Assembly: GCF_053078305.1 (NCBI RefSeq)
Contig: NZ_CP166879.1
DNA length: 64,000 bases
Reading direction: 5' to 3' (one strand)
Made by a program: the position numbers and the translations under genes. This document shows, one piece after another, positions 11,145 to 20,546 of this stretch (position 1 is its first letter; every line of letters begins with the position of its first letter). The notes below the pieces were generated by a model. The model did not search any database and was not told the DNA's origin. It saw nothing but the letters and a program-made list of their open reading frames with translations.

Positions 11145-11737
11145 AACACCTTCGCGAAATAGTCCGGGATGGTGGTTTTATCTTTCACCAGAATACTGGT
11201 AATGCCTAGCTGATTAGCTCCTTCTATATTATCGGCGTTATCGTCGAAAAAGGCCGTATCGCTGGGTGAAAAACCTTCCGCCTGCAAAACATGCTGGTAA
11301 ATTCGAGCTTCAGGTTTGCGCATCCCCAGATCTTGCGACAGATAGATATGGTCAGCAGCATCACGAATTTCCGGGTATTCTTCCGGCCAGAAGGTGGTAT
11401 GCAGGCGGTTGGTATTGGAAAGCACCACCACGCGATGCCCCTGCTCACGCAGTTTATGCATGATGGCGATCACTTCCGGGCGCAGCGCAACAAACACCGC
11501 CTGCCAGCCGTGAGAGAACTGCTCGTAGCTTAGCGGTAGAGCCATCTCATGACACAGCGCCTCTGCGAACGCTTCGTCGCTAATTTCCCCACGCTCATGC
11601 TGATGAAACGCCTCGCCCATGTGGAAACTCTTCTTAAGCGTAGCCAGTGGAACACGCGTTAAATCGCTCCAGGCACCCAGCACACGGTTAAAGTCGATAT
11701 CGACAATCACATTACCTAAATCAAAGATATAGAGCAT
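11138..11737 (-). CDS. yihX: HAD-family alpha-D-glucose-1-phosphate phosphatase
   Basis: HAD motif I ([10 protein letters not shown]) near the N-terminus; ORF track extends to 11758 but the likely start is the Met preceding LYIFDLGN. Confidence 0.9.
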
Positions 11738-11877
11738 TTTTGCCTCCTTTCGCGCCACAAGAAATTAACTGTAGCGGGAAAGGATGGGTTTGGCTATGTG
11801 GCAATAAGGGTAATCTTGTGATGCTGATTGCGAAAAAGCAGAGTAATTTCACTGGCTTTTTCGCAATAGATGAATGG

Positions 11878-12822
11878 TTAAGATTCAGGTGTAAATTGCC
11901 AACGAGTTTCGATAACCAGCGGCCTATCTGGTGTCACCAATTCCGGCGTTAGATTTATTGCGTTAGGTGCCTGAGTCAGCGGGTTAATACAGGTGGCATC
12001 GGGCTGTTTATCAAATACCACCAGACTGTTTGCAGAAGAGATCATGGTCATCGCGAGTTTACCAGGCCACAGTAACTTAACCTTCACCCCGTCATAAAAA
12101 CCAAAACAGTCATCCCAGGGACCGACTTGAGGAGAGATGCGATTTCCAGTTGGCAGTTCATCACTACCCGCTTCTTCTTGCCAGTCCGCATCAAAAAGCA
12201 CCTGCAACGATTCTGTATTTTGCGGAGTCAGCTTTTTCGCAAACCACGGATGCCAGCCTGCGGAGGCCGGGAATGTATCGGCATATGAATGGACTTCCAG
12301 TTGCAAAACCAGCGCATCGTTCTCCAGCAAAAAAGTCTGAATCACTTCCCCTTGCCAAGGCCACGGTGAAGCCAGGGGCATACGTAAAGTCAGGGAATCT
12401 GCTGTTTTGTCGATGATTTCCCACGTTGAGTAACAAGCCATACCATGCAACGCATGTGGTGGTTTATTGGCGGGTAAAGAATAACATTGCCCACCAGCAT
12501 TCAGCGTCGCATTCCCCAGTCGCCCTGCCCACGGCACCATTGGGAAACAGCCATACTGAAAAGCTCTACGCTGCGGCTGCCATTGGCGTAATACTTCAGA
12601 ACCAAATGCCTTTAACGAGGTTATCCTGGCACCATCATGCGGATAAATCTGCAGGTGAATATTGCCTTTTTCCAGCGTCACTAACTCTCCTACAGGCCCA
12701 GGCCATGGCGCGTCAAACGCCTGTTGTAGCGCCAGGTAATGCTCGTTTTTTCGTTCAGTTTTCATGAGATTGTTCCCTGATGTAGCGGTAAGAAGCGGTT
12801 TCTTGTTCATCGGTCGGCTCAA
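11878..12822 (-). CDS. Aldose 1-epimerase (mutarotase) family protein, YihR-like; true start probably at 12765 or 12810
   Basis: 314-aa ORF, mutarotase-like composition; its 5' end overlaps the 3' end of the upstream MFS gene by up to 68 bp. Confidence 0.6.
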   Translation of the reverse strand: MSRPMNKKPLLTATSGNNLMKTERKNEHYLALQQAFDAPWPGPVGELVTLEKGNIHLQIYPHDGARITSLKAFGSEVLRQWQPQRRAFQYGCFPMVPWAGRLGNATLNAGGQCYSLPANKPPHALHGMACYSTWEIIDKTADSLTLRMPLASPWPWQGEVIQTFLLENDALVLQLEVHSYADTFPASAGWHPWFAKKLTPQNTESLQVLFDADWQEEAGSDELPTGNRISPQVGPWDDCFGFYDGVKVKLLWPGKLAMTMISSANSLVVFDKQPDATCINPLTQAPNAINLTPELVTPDRPLVIETRWQFTPES

Positions 12823-14104
12823 TCAGCCAGACGCAAACAAAGGAAAGAACTGAGACAGCAAATAAAAACAGAGCGACATACCACGGTTTTCCTCCCCCTA
12901 GCGCCAGCAAACTTGAGGCGATAAGGGGGCTTAGTCCGCCAAGAATCGCGGAAAATTGATAAGCAAAAGAAAGGCCGGTATATCGTACTTTGGTACCGAA
13001 CATGCGGGTGAAAAGTGTTGGCTGCACGGCAAACATCATCGTCGGACCTAAGTTGTAGCCGAGGATCATACTGCACCAGATGATGAGCGTACTTTTGCTA
13101 TCCAGTAATAAGAAGAAAGGAAACGCGAACAGGACACAAAATCCTGCTCCCGACAAATACAGACTTTTTTGACCTATACGATCTGATAACCATCCAACCA
13201 ATGGACAACTGAAAATACCGATCGCCGAGGCAATCAACATACCCGTCAGGGGAATATCTCGCGATAATGCTAATTGGCTGGAAATATAGACAATACCAAA
13301 GGCGTTAATAATATTAGAGGAGACACTTTCCGCCAGCCTCGCACCCAGTGCCAATAAAATATTTCGTGGATGTTTTTTGAATAATTCAATCAACGGAGGA
13401 ACGGACTTTTCTTTATTATTCGTCGTTTTTTGCTTTTGAAAATCCAGCGTTTCTTCGGTATGCAGGCGGATAAACAGCCCAACGATCAACATCACCGCAG
13501 AAAGCCAAAACGGAATGCGCCATCCCCAGGAGAGAAACTGCTCCGAAGTAAGAAAATGGTTACAGAGAGCAAAAATACCGGTTGCCAGCATAATACCCAC
13601 AGACGCAGCCGTTTGCGGGAGTGAACCTAAGAATCCGCGTCGGGATTCGGGCGCTGATTCTATGGTCATCAATGCCGCTCCACCGTACTCGCCACCAAGA
13701 CCAAAGCCCTGAATCAAACGCAGCACCATTAATACAAGCGGTGCCCAAATGCCAATTTCCTGATACGTCGGAATAAAACCAATCAAAAATGTGGAGCAAC
13801 CGACAATAGCCAGCGTCCAGATAAGTGTTATTTTTCGCCCGATTTTATCGCCAAAATGACCAAAGACGATGCCCCCTAAAGGACGAGTCAGAAAACCGAC
13901 ACCAAAGGTCGCAAAGGAAGCTATAAGACCTATAAAAGGATCGCTGTCTGGATAAAACAGCGGTGCAAATACCAGTCCTGCTGCCGTGCCAAAAATAAAG
14001 AAGTCATACCATTCCATTAACGCGCCTGCGAAACTGCCCATAACGACACGTCTCATGGCTTTACCGGAAAGCCCTTCACGCGGTGCGGGTAACTTTTCAG
14101 ACAT
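12755..14104 (-). CDS. MFS transporter, metabolite:H+ symporter (MHS, ProP/KgtP-like) family
   Basis: 449-aa 12-TM ORF with MEWYDFFIFG and GHFGDKIGRK motifs typical of MHS transporters; not the GPH-type YihO/YihP of the K-12 locus. Confidence 0.75.
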   Translation of the reverse strand: MSEKLPAPREGLSGKAMRRVVMGSFAGALMEWYDFFIFGTAAGLVFAPLFYPDSDPFIGLIASFATFGVGFLTRPLGGIVFGHFGDKIGRKITLIWTLAIVGCSTFLIGFIPTYQEIGIWAPLVLMVLRLIQGFGLGGEYGGAALMTIESAPESRRGFLGSLPQTAASVGIMLATGIFALCNHFLTSEQFLSWGWRIPFWLSAVMLIVGLFIRLHTEETLDFQKQKTTNNKEKSVPPLIELFKKHPRNILLALGARLAESVSSNIINAFGIVYISSQLALSRDIPLTGMLIASAIGIFSCPLVGWLSDRIGQKSLYLSGAGFCVLFAFPFFLLLDSKSTLIIWCSMILGYNLGPTMMFAVQPTLFTRMFGTKVRYTGLSFAYQFSAILGGLSPLIASSLLALGGGKPWYVALFLFAVSVLSFVCVWLIEPTDEQETASYRYIREQSHEN

Positions 14105-14202
14105 AATTTTCCTCTCCTGGTAGGCGAGAAATCTGGGATACGAACCACTAAACGTGGGCAGTTTGAATTAATGCGCATCGGCTTAAGCCGATGCGCATTA
14201 AA

Positions 14203-15636
14203 TTATTTCTTCAATTCAGCCAGAACCTCTGCGTCCTCAGCATCAACATTTGCACCCAGTGGTTCCCAATGAATCAATACGCAGGTCAGGAACCCCAGGA
14301 ATGGCACGATTGCCAACCAGTAAAACGCTTCAGTTTTCAACGCACCCCACAGCATCGGCCAGAAAATGAGTCCTGCAATTGCCCCTGTGCGCATAATAGC
14401 GCGGGCAAATCCGACCCCAGTAGGGCGAATAGCGGGAGGATAAGAGAGTGTGGCAATGGTCATGCCCAGCCCACCAGGACCCGCTGAATGGAAGAAAATA
14501 ATTGATCCCAATAACCCTAAAGACAGCCAGGGATTAGTCGTTGCCAGTGCGCCTAACGACAGCAATGCTAAGGTCACAACAGCAAATCCATACATCGACT
14601 GTCGGCGAGTACCCAGTCGTTGGAGAATAAACGAGCCGATCATCCCGCCTGTCACCCCACAAAGGGCATTCACGACGGCAGAACCGGTCAACGCGCCAGT
14701 AAGCCCGCCACTTATTATTCCCGCCAATGTAAGAGGAAGATAAACACCTACGGCGTTATATTGCCACGCCTGCATGGTTGCCACGACACAGCCAAGAATG
14801 GTGCGTTTGCGGTAACGATCATTAAATAAGATGCCATATCCACCACTGTATTTATTCTCTGCTTTTTCCGAGAATTTCGCTTCTGTTGTACTCGATGCCG
14901 CAACGCGAGCCTGAACACCATAACGTTTTCCCAGAATGTCGCACGCTTCCTGGTAACGCCCGACGCGTGCGGCCCACATTGCGGATTCACCAATAAAGAA
15001 GTAACGCAAAATCATGAAGATGACTGCAAAAATAGCTCCGATGAATATTCCGTAACGCCACAATTGTTCTTCAGCGATACCCGACAGAAGCAGCGGCAAA
15101 AGTACCAAATAAACAACGGTTGTCGAAACATACCAGGCCATTTGCCAGAGGTTGACCGACGTTCCGGTTTTCTTCGACGTTGAACCACGAAGCTCTGCCA
15201 CGGCATTGGTTGCCAAAGGGAAGTCGATGCCTAAACCAAAGCCCATGATGACGCGGCACACCAGCACCCACCAGATACTGGGAGCAATAGCTACCGCTGC
15301 AGCACCGATGGTGCACAGCCCCATGCCAATAATAAATGCCCGCTTTTGCCCAAAGCGGTTTATTACTCGGTTCGCTAATAAACCGCCAATTAACGCGGCG
15401 ATTAATACTGATGCATTGACGGTTGCAGCAAGACCCGGCGAAATGCCGAATTGAGCGGCAATGTATTTATTACCAAACCCCACCATCGCCGCCTGGTAGG
15501 CATCAATCAATATGCCGCCCAAAGCAATAAAAATAACGCCGATACTGGTGTTGATTGCAGAGTTCTTATTAACAATATCAATTACGTCCTGTGGCCGACT
15601 AATTGAATAAGTTGCAGGACTGGTGATTTGACTCAT
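14203..15636 (-). CDS. MFS transporter (sugar-porter / aromatic acid:H+ symporter-like)
   Basis: 477-aa polytopic ORF with MFS-type loop motifs (GQKRAFIIG, LGIDFPLATNAVAEL). Confidence 0.75.
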   Translation of the reverse strand: MSQITSPATYSISRPQDVIDIVNKNSAINTSIGVIFIALGGILIDAYQAAMVGFGNKYIAAQFGISPGLAATVNASVLIAALIGGLLANRVINRFGQKRAFIIGMGLCTIGAAAVAIAPSIWWVLVCRVIMGFGLGIDFPLATNAVAELRGSTSKKTGTSVNLWQMAWYVSTTVVYLVLLPLLLSGIAEEQLWRYGIFIGAIFAVIFMILRYFFIGESAMWAARVGRYQEACDILGKRYGVQARVAASSTTEAKFSEKAENKYSGGYGILFNDRYRKRTILGCVVATMQAWQYNAVGVYLPLTLAGIISGGLTGALTGSAVVNALCGVTGGMIGSFILQRLGTRRQSMYGFAVVTLALLSLGALATTNPWLSLGLLGSIIFFHSAGPGGLGMTIATLSYPPAIRPTGVGFARAIMRTGAIAGLIFWPMLWGALKTEAFYWLAIVPFLGFLTCVLIHWEPLGANVDAEDAEVLAELKK

Positions 15637-15705
15637 CGCAGTGTCCTTTTTAATTGTTGTAGGGTGGCGCTGACGTGACGCAGCGCCAGACAGAGATTTA
15701 GAAAA

Positions 15706-16716
15706 TCATTCCGGCGCAAATTGCAGCATGACCTTTATGGAGTCATTTTGCTGCGCGCGTTCGAATGCCGCCGCTGCATCCTCAATGGCAAATAAATCGG
15801 TAACCAGTTCACTGGTATCAAACCGCCCATCCGCCAGCCATTCGATAACAGCATCGAAATCTTCAGGGATGTACATGCCAGAGTTGAGCAAGTCACGCTC
15901 GAAACGTTGCATCATCGGTAATGGTATTTCACGCGGCCCACTTGGTACGCCCATGCACACGACGGTGCCTCCGGCATATACACGGGTACATGCATCGTTA
16001 AGCGTGGCCTGCGCTGCAACGACATCAATCGCCCCCGTAAATCGCACATCTGCGGCCAGCTCACCTGGTGCCCAAACTTCTGCTGCGCCCAGCTTTAACG
16101 CCAGCGCGCGTTTGGCAGCGTCAGGTTCAATCACGGTAATCTTACCTGCCCCCATAATGCGCAGTGCCTGCACGATGGATAAGCCTATCGTTCCGGCACC
16201 AATCACCAGTACGCTTTCCAGAGAAGCTTTCGGCATTCGGTTAACGCAGTGACGGGCACAAGCCGCCGGTTCGGCAAAGGCCAACACTTTTAGCGGTAAA
16301 GAGGCTGGTGCGACATGGCAATTACGCGCAGGAACAATGTGTTGTGAGCGAGCAAAGCCCGGTGCGCGAAAACCAGCAACCTGCGGTGGTTCACAAAGAT
16401 TAAAACGTCCTGCTTTGCAGGCTCGGCATTCCATGCAAGCCATGATGGGATCGACCACAACATGATCGCCCGGCTGTACATTTTTAACGTCGCTGCCAAC
16501 TTCCGTAACGCGCGCTGCAATTTAATGACCGGGGACGACAGGTGGTTTGGCAAACGGATGACCGCCTTTCAGAACATGCAGATCCGAACCGCATATCCCA
16601 TGGAACACAGGCGCAATCCGCACTTCGTGCGGTTTAAGTTCCTGGTGTGGTACTTCAACATATTGAGTGGTGACTTTCCCAATATCTGAAAATAAAACCT
16701 GGGTAATTTTATCCAT
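15706..16716 (-). pseudogene. Zinc-dependent alcohol dehydrogenase (MDR family) interrupted by a single in-frame TAA
   Basis: N-terminal 64-aa ORF (…CGSDLHVLKGGHPFAKPPVVPGH*) and C-terminal 250-aa ORF are in the same frame, separated only by TAA at 16522..16524 (minus strand). The stop falls where Zn-ADHs carry the Glu of the GHE motif; Rossmann motif VIGAGTIGL lies downstream. Confidence 0.7.
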
Positions 16717-16748
16717 TGTTATTCTCCAGAATCGATATCCATAGGGGA

Positions 16749-17636
16749 TTAGCGTTGCGCGATACCTTCATCGACAATTTCTGCCAACCGTTGTAAACGA
16801 GGAACAGAGACATCGCGCAGCATAATTTGTGGATCTTGTGCACCAACAACCGACGCCCAAACCGCTCGTCCAGCCAGGAAGCCTGACGCACCACCTTTCA
16901 TGGCAATACTTACTGCACGGCCAAAAATATCGGCATCAACGCCAGAAGAAAGAATTACCCACGGCATCTTCATCTGATCGTTAAGTTGCTGACAGGCGGC
17001 AAGTAAGGTTTTTTCATCGCCTTTGCCCCCTAATGGCATCTCGGCTTTGTAAAGATCAGCCTCTGTTCCACCAAGCTCTGCGGCGGCGGCAACAATGGCG
17101 CTTTCACGATCAAAGTCCCAACCGCGACGAGGTGGACGCACCACAGGTTCAATAATGCTAACCAGCCCGGCACTACGGCAGCGACGAACAAATTTATCAA
17201 CCATTGCCAGACGTTCCTCTGCGGGTTCATCTTCACGCCAGAGTACAAGTAATTTCATTGCCTTAGCCCCCATTTCACGGGCTTTATGCGGGTCGACGGA
17301 CATATCTATTTCAACGCTATCAACCGGGATGCCATTACCTGGGATAAAAAGATCGGCAGCGACAATCAGGCCGCAAGAATTAGCAACAGCGCCCTGCTCG
17401 ACTATTTGCTCAAGACAAAATTGTTTATCCGCCAGAACGGCAGAAGCATAAGGAGAAAGGATTCGGGTCGCGGCAACTTTAAAATCGGTGAGTACACTGT
17501 CGGCGATGGGTTTTGGCTGCCCTGCTGCCGCAAACATCAAGCGCATGGCCTCACGCTGATCGACAGCTAACATGGCAAATCCACCACCTGGGCGGGAGAT
17601 ATCTTTCAGCGTAAATGGGGTGAAGTGGGATGACAT
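16749..17636 (-). CDS. Class I aldolase, YihT (sulfofructose-phosphate aldolase)-like, divergent from the K-12 protein
   Basis: 295-aa ORF containing [40 protein letters not shown] and [13 protein letters not shown], blocks I recall as shared with E. coli YihT, with many substitutions elsewhere. Confidence 0.7.
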   Translation of the reverse strand: MSSHFTPFTLKDISRPGGGFAMLAVDQREAMRLMFAAAGQPKPIADSVLTDFKVAATRILSPYASAVLADKQFCLEQIVEQGAVANSCGLIVAADLFIPGNGIPVDSVEIDMSVDPHKAREMGAKAMKLLVLWREDEPAEERLAMVDKFVRRCRSAGLVSIIEPVVRPPRRGWDFDRESAIVAAAAELGGTEADLYKAEMPLGGKGDEKTLLAACQQLNDQMKMPWVILSSGVDADIFGRAVSIAMKGGASGFLAGRAVWASVVGAQDPQIMLRDVSVPRLQRLAEIVDEGIAQR

Positions 17637-17660
17637 AGAAACTCCTGTTAATAGATAAAA

Positions 17661-18560
17661 TTAAAGACCAGCCTGCTGGCGAACCTGATTTAGCAGGGCA
17701 CTCCAGTCCTGCCGCCCTTTGCCGTCTTGACTTGCTGCAGCGTAATAACTTTCTGCTGCAATCCCCATATTGAGCGGTGCCCCCGTCTCCCGAGCGACGT
17801 CAACTGCAATACGCAGATCTTTCAACGCCAGATCCACCATGAAGGCGGGTGAAAGATCGCCTTTCAGCACTTTGCCAGGCCAGGTGGTCGTAAAATGTCC
17901 TTTCCCTGCTGCCGTACCACTCATCACCTTAATTGCGACATCAAGATTTAATCCCAGTGACTCACATAACACAGCGGCCTCGGAGGACAGCGCATTAAGC
18001 GCAATGCTCATATAGTTGTTAATTAGCTTCACGCGGATCCCCATTCCAGGGCCGCCAGCCTCGACCAGCTCATTACCCATGCACATGAGAATCGGGCGTG
18101 CACGTGCAATCTGCTCATCAGTGCCACCCGCTAAAATCAGCAATGTGCCATCAATCGCATTCACGGACGTTCTGCCCACGGGGGCGTCCATCATACTGAT
18201 GCCTTTTTCTTGTAACTCCCGTATTAATGCATCGGTCTGTAAGGGATGAATAGTCGACATATCAATCAATAACGCGTCAGATGAAACAGCCTCACAGACG
18301 CCTTTTTCCCCCAACAGAACCTGTCGAACAATGTCACCATTGGGAAGCATAGTGATGATAAATTCAGCGCCTGCTGCTGCTTCCGCTGGGGTTTGTGCCG
18401 CAGTGGCCCCCTGCGTAACTAGCGCATCGACGGCCAGTGCATTGACATCAAATACCTGCAATGAATGCCCTTTATGCAATAGATTGTTAGCCATTGGGCT
18501 ACCCATCTGCCCCAGCCCGAGAAATGCAATGGTTGCCATGAATACTCTCCTGTCTGACAT
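17661..18560 (-). CDS. NAD(P)-dependent beta-hydroxyacid dehydrogenase, YihU (sulfolactaldehyde reductase)-like, divergent; alternative start 18539
   Basis: Rossmann motif [14 protein letters not shown] near the N-terminus plus [21 protein letters not shown] and [13 protein letters not shown] blocks; roughly 70% identical to my recollection of K-12 YihU. ORF track extends further upstream to 18740. Confidence 0.7.
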   Translation of the reverse strand: MSDRRVFMATIAFLGLGQMGSPMANNLLHKGHSLQVFDVNALAVDALVTQGATAAQTPAEAAAGAEFIITMLPNGDIVRQVLLGEKGVCEAVSSDALLIDMSTIHPLQTDALIRELQEKGISMMDAPVGRTSVNAIDGTLLILAGGTDEQIARARPILMCMGNELVEAGGPGMGIRVKLINNYMSIALNALSSEAAVLCESLGLNLDVAIKVMSGTAAGKGHFTTTWPGKVLKGDLSPAFMVDLALKDLRIAVDVARETGAPLNMGIAAESYYAAASQDGKGRQDWSALLNQVRQQAGL

Positions 18561-18711
18561 TGACAAAATAATGACAATTGAAAATTCGTTTTCGTCTGTT
18601 TTTGAGCATATTTGTAATTTATGTTCAAAAACACGACATACATCACTAATTTGATCATTTGTGTCATTTAAATTGACCAAAGACGACAAAATTAAACAGG
18701 ACAAGACAAAT

Positions 18712-19608
18712 ATGACCAGAATTGCATGCGTGGGTATCACAGTTCAGGACAGGATTTATTCTTTGCCCACTCTGCCGGAGGGCGGCGGGAAATATCAGGC
18801 AAATCATTATCTTGAGATTGGTGGCGGCCCGGCAGCAACAGCCGCTGTTGCAATCGCAAGGCTTGGCGTGGAAGTTGATTTCATCGGTCGCGTCGGCGAT
18901 GACAGTTGTGGAAATACCTTACTTGCAGAACTTGAGGGTTGGGGCGTCAATACAGCATTTTGCCGCCGATATCCTAACGCCCGTTCGTCGCAATCAGCGA
19001 TCCTCGTTGATCAGCATGGCGAACGGATTATCGTTAATTATCCAAGTCCTGATCTCGGTACTGATGCCGAATGGTTAGAAGCGATCGATTTCTCTCGTTA
19101 TGATCTGATTCTGGCCGATGTTCGCTGGCATAGCGGTACTGAAAAAGCATTCTCGCTAGCGCGCCTTGCGGGTGTGACAACGCTTTTAGACGCCGATATG
19201 ACACCGCAGGATATTTCTCCACTTGTCGCGCTTGCCGATCACGCCGTGTTCTCAACGCCAGGGCTGAAACGCATGACTGGCCTGCAGTCACCTGAAGAAG
19301 GTTTGTTCCAGGCAACGACACAAACAGCAGGTAAAGTGTATGTTACGCTGGGTTCTGAAGGATCGTTGTGGATTGAAGATGGTCATTTGTGTCAACAGGA
19401 GGCATTTTCTGTCAATGTGGTTGATACCACTGGAGCAGGCGATGTTTTTCACGGCGCACTCGCGGTAGCGTTGGCAGAAAAAATGCCAACAAAAGAGGCT
19501 ATTCGTTTTGCCAGTGCGGTTGCCGCGATGAAATGTACCCAGCCTGGCGGTCGGGCCGGCATTCCTAATCGTGAGCAAACCGAATCATTTTTGTCACTTT
19601 ATGCGTAA
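18712..19608 (+). CDS. PfkB-family sugar kinase, YihV (sulfofructose kinase)-like, divergent
   Basis: Starts [16 protein letters not shown]; PfkB signature [17 protein letters not shown] near the C-terminus. Transcribed divergently from the yihU-like gene. Confidence 0.7.
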   Translation: MTRIACVGITVQDRIYSLPTLPEGGGKYQANHYLEIGGGPAATAAVAIARLGVEVDFIGRVGDDSCGNTLLAELEGWGVNTAFCRRYPNARSSQSAILVDQHGERIIVNYPSPDLGTDAEWLEAIDFSRYDLILADVRWHSGTEKAFSLARLAGVTTLLDADMTPQDISPLVALADHAVFSTPGLKRMTGLQSPEEGLFQATTQTAGKVYVTLGSEGSLWIEDGHLCQQEAFSVNVVDTTGAGDVFHGALAVALAEKMPTKEAIRFASAVAAMKCTQPGGRAGIPNREQTESFLSLYA

Positions 19609-19647
19609 AATGGTAAACATCTACCGAGGAGGGGCAAGGGAGTATTC

Positions 19648-20436
19648 ATGAGTATCATCGAAGTGACAGGTAATCCACGCCATGACCAACTCGTTCATCT
19701 AATCGCAGAACGCGGTTATATGAATATTGAAGAACTGGCACAACTGCTGGATGTTTCAACGCAAACCGTGCGCCGGGATATCCGAAAACTCAGTGAGCAG
19801 GGCTTGATCACCCGTCATCATGGAGGGGCCGGGCGCGTCTCCAGCGTCATGAATACCGCTTTTGAGCAACGGGAACTTTCGCTCACCGCCGAGAAACGGG
19901 CGATCGCTGAGGCAGTCGCCGATTACCTTCCCGAACGCTGTACCGTCTTTATCACCATCGGTACAACCGTAGAAGCCGTTGCCAGGGCATTACTCAACCG
20001 GCGTGATTTACGCATTATCACTAACAGCCTACGTGTGGCACAGATTCTTTATAAGAATCAGGATATTGAAGTGATGGTGCCGGGAGGCACTTTACGCGCT
20101 CATAACGGCGGGATTATCGGCCCAGGAGCCGTGGATTTTATTGAAGGCTTCCGCGCAGATTATTTAATCACCAGTATAGGTGCCATTGAACATGACGGCA
20201 CCCTACTGGAATTTGATGTAAATGAAGCGTTAGTCGCGAGAACGATGATTAAACATGCGCGGAATACATTGTTAGTGGCCGATCATACGAAGTTTGCCGC
20301 GTCTGCTGCCGTTTCAATTGGCAATGCACGGAATGTCAGGGCTTTTTTTACTGATGCCCCGCCTCCCAATTCTTTCTGCCAGTTGTTAAGTGAAGAGAAT
20401 GTTGAACTGGTGGTTGCCGAGCAGGAAGTTTCCTGA
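19648..20436 (+). CDS. DeoR-family transcriptional regulator, YihW/CsqR-like
   Basis: 262-aa ORF with an N-terminal HTH (EELAQLLDVSTQTVRRDIRKL) and a DeoR C-terminal sugar-phosphate-binding domain. Confidence 0.75.
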   Translation: MSIIEVTGNPRHDQLVHLIAERGYMNIEELAQLLDVSTQTVRRDIRKLSEQGLITRHHGGAGRVSSVMNTAFEQRELSLTAEKRAIAEAVADYLPERCTVFITIGTTVEAVARALLNRRDLRIITNSLRVAQILYKNQDIEVMVPGGTLRAHNGGIIGPGAVDFIEGFRADYLITSIGAIEHDGTLLEFDVNEALVARTMIKHARNTLLVADHTKFAASAAVSIGNARNVRAFFTDAPPPNSFCQLLSEENVELVVAEQEVS

Positions 20437-20447
20437 AATTGAAACTT

Positions 20448-20485
20448 CGAAAAATCCGCTGGGGATTCAGCGGATTTTATTTTGC
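20448..20485. terminator. Bidirectional rho-independent terminator between the yihW-like gene and yihN
   Basis: Perfect hairpin atccgctg-gggattc-cagcggat flanked by an A-run upstream and a T-run downstream; a REP-like palindrome follows at about 20486..20545. Confidence 0.7.
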
Positions 20486-20546
20486 CGGATGCGGCCTACG
20501 GTTGATACGGTTTTCGTTGGCCGGATTAAGCACATCCGGCCATTAA

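Noticed and set aside
11825-11870. Palindrome tgcgaaaaagc…gctttttcgca downstream of the epimerase gene, considered as its terminator
   Set aside because: The stem is A/T-rich and is not followed by a T-run on the relevant strand; insufficient to call an intrinsic terminator.
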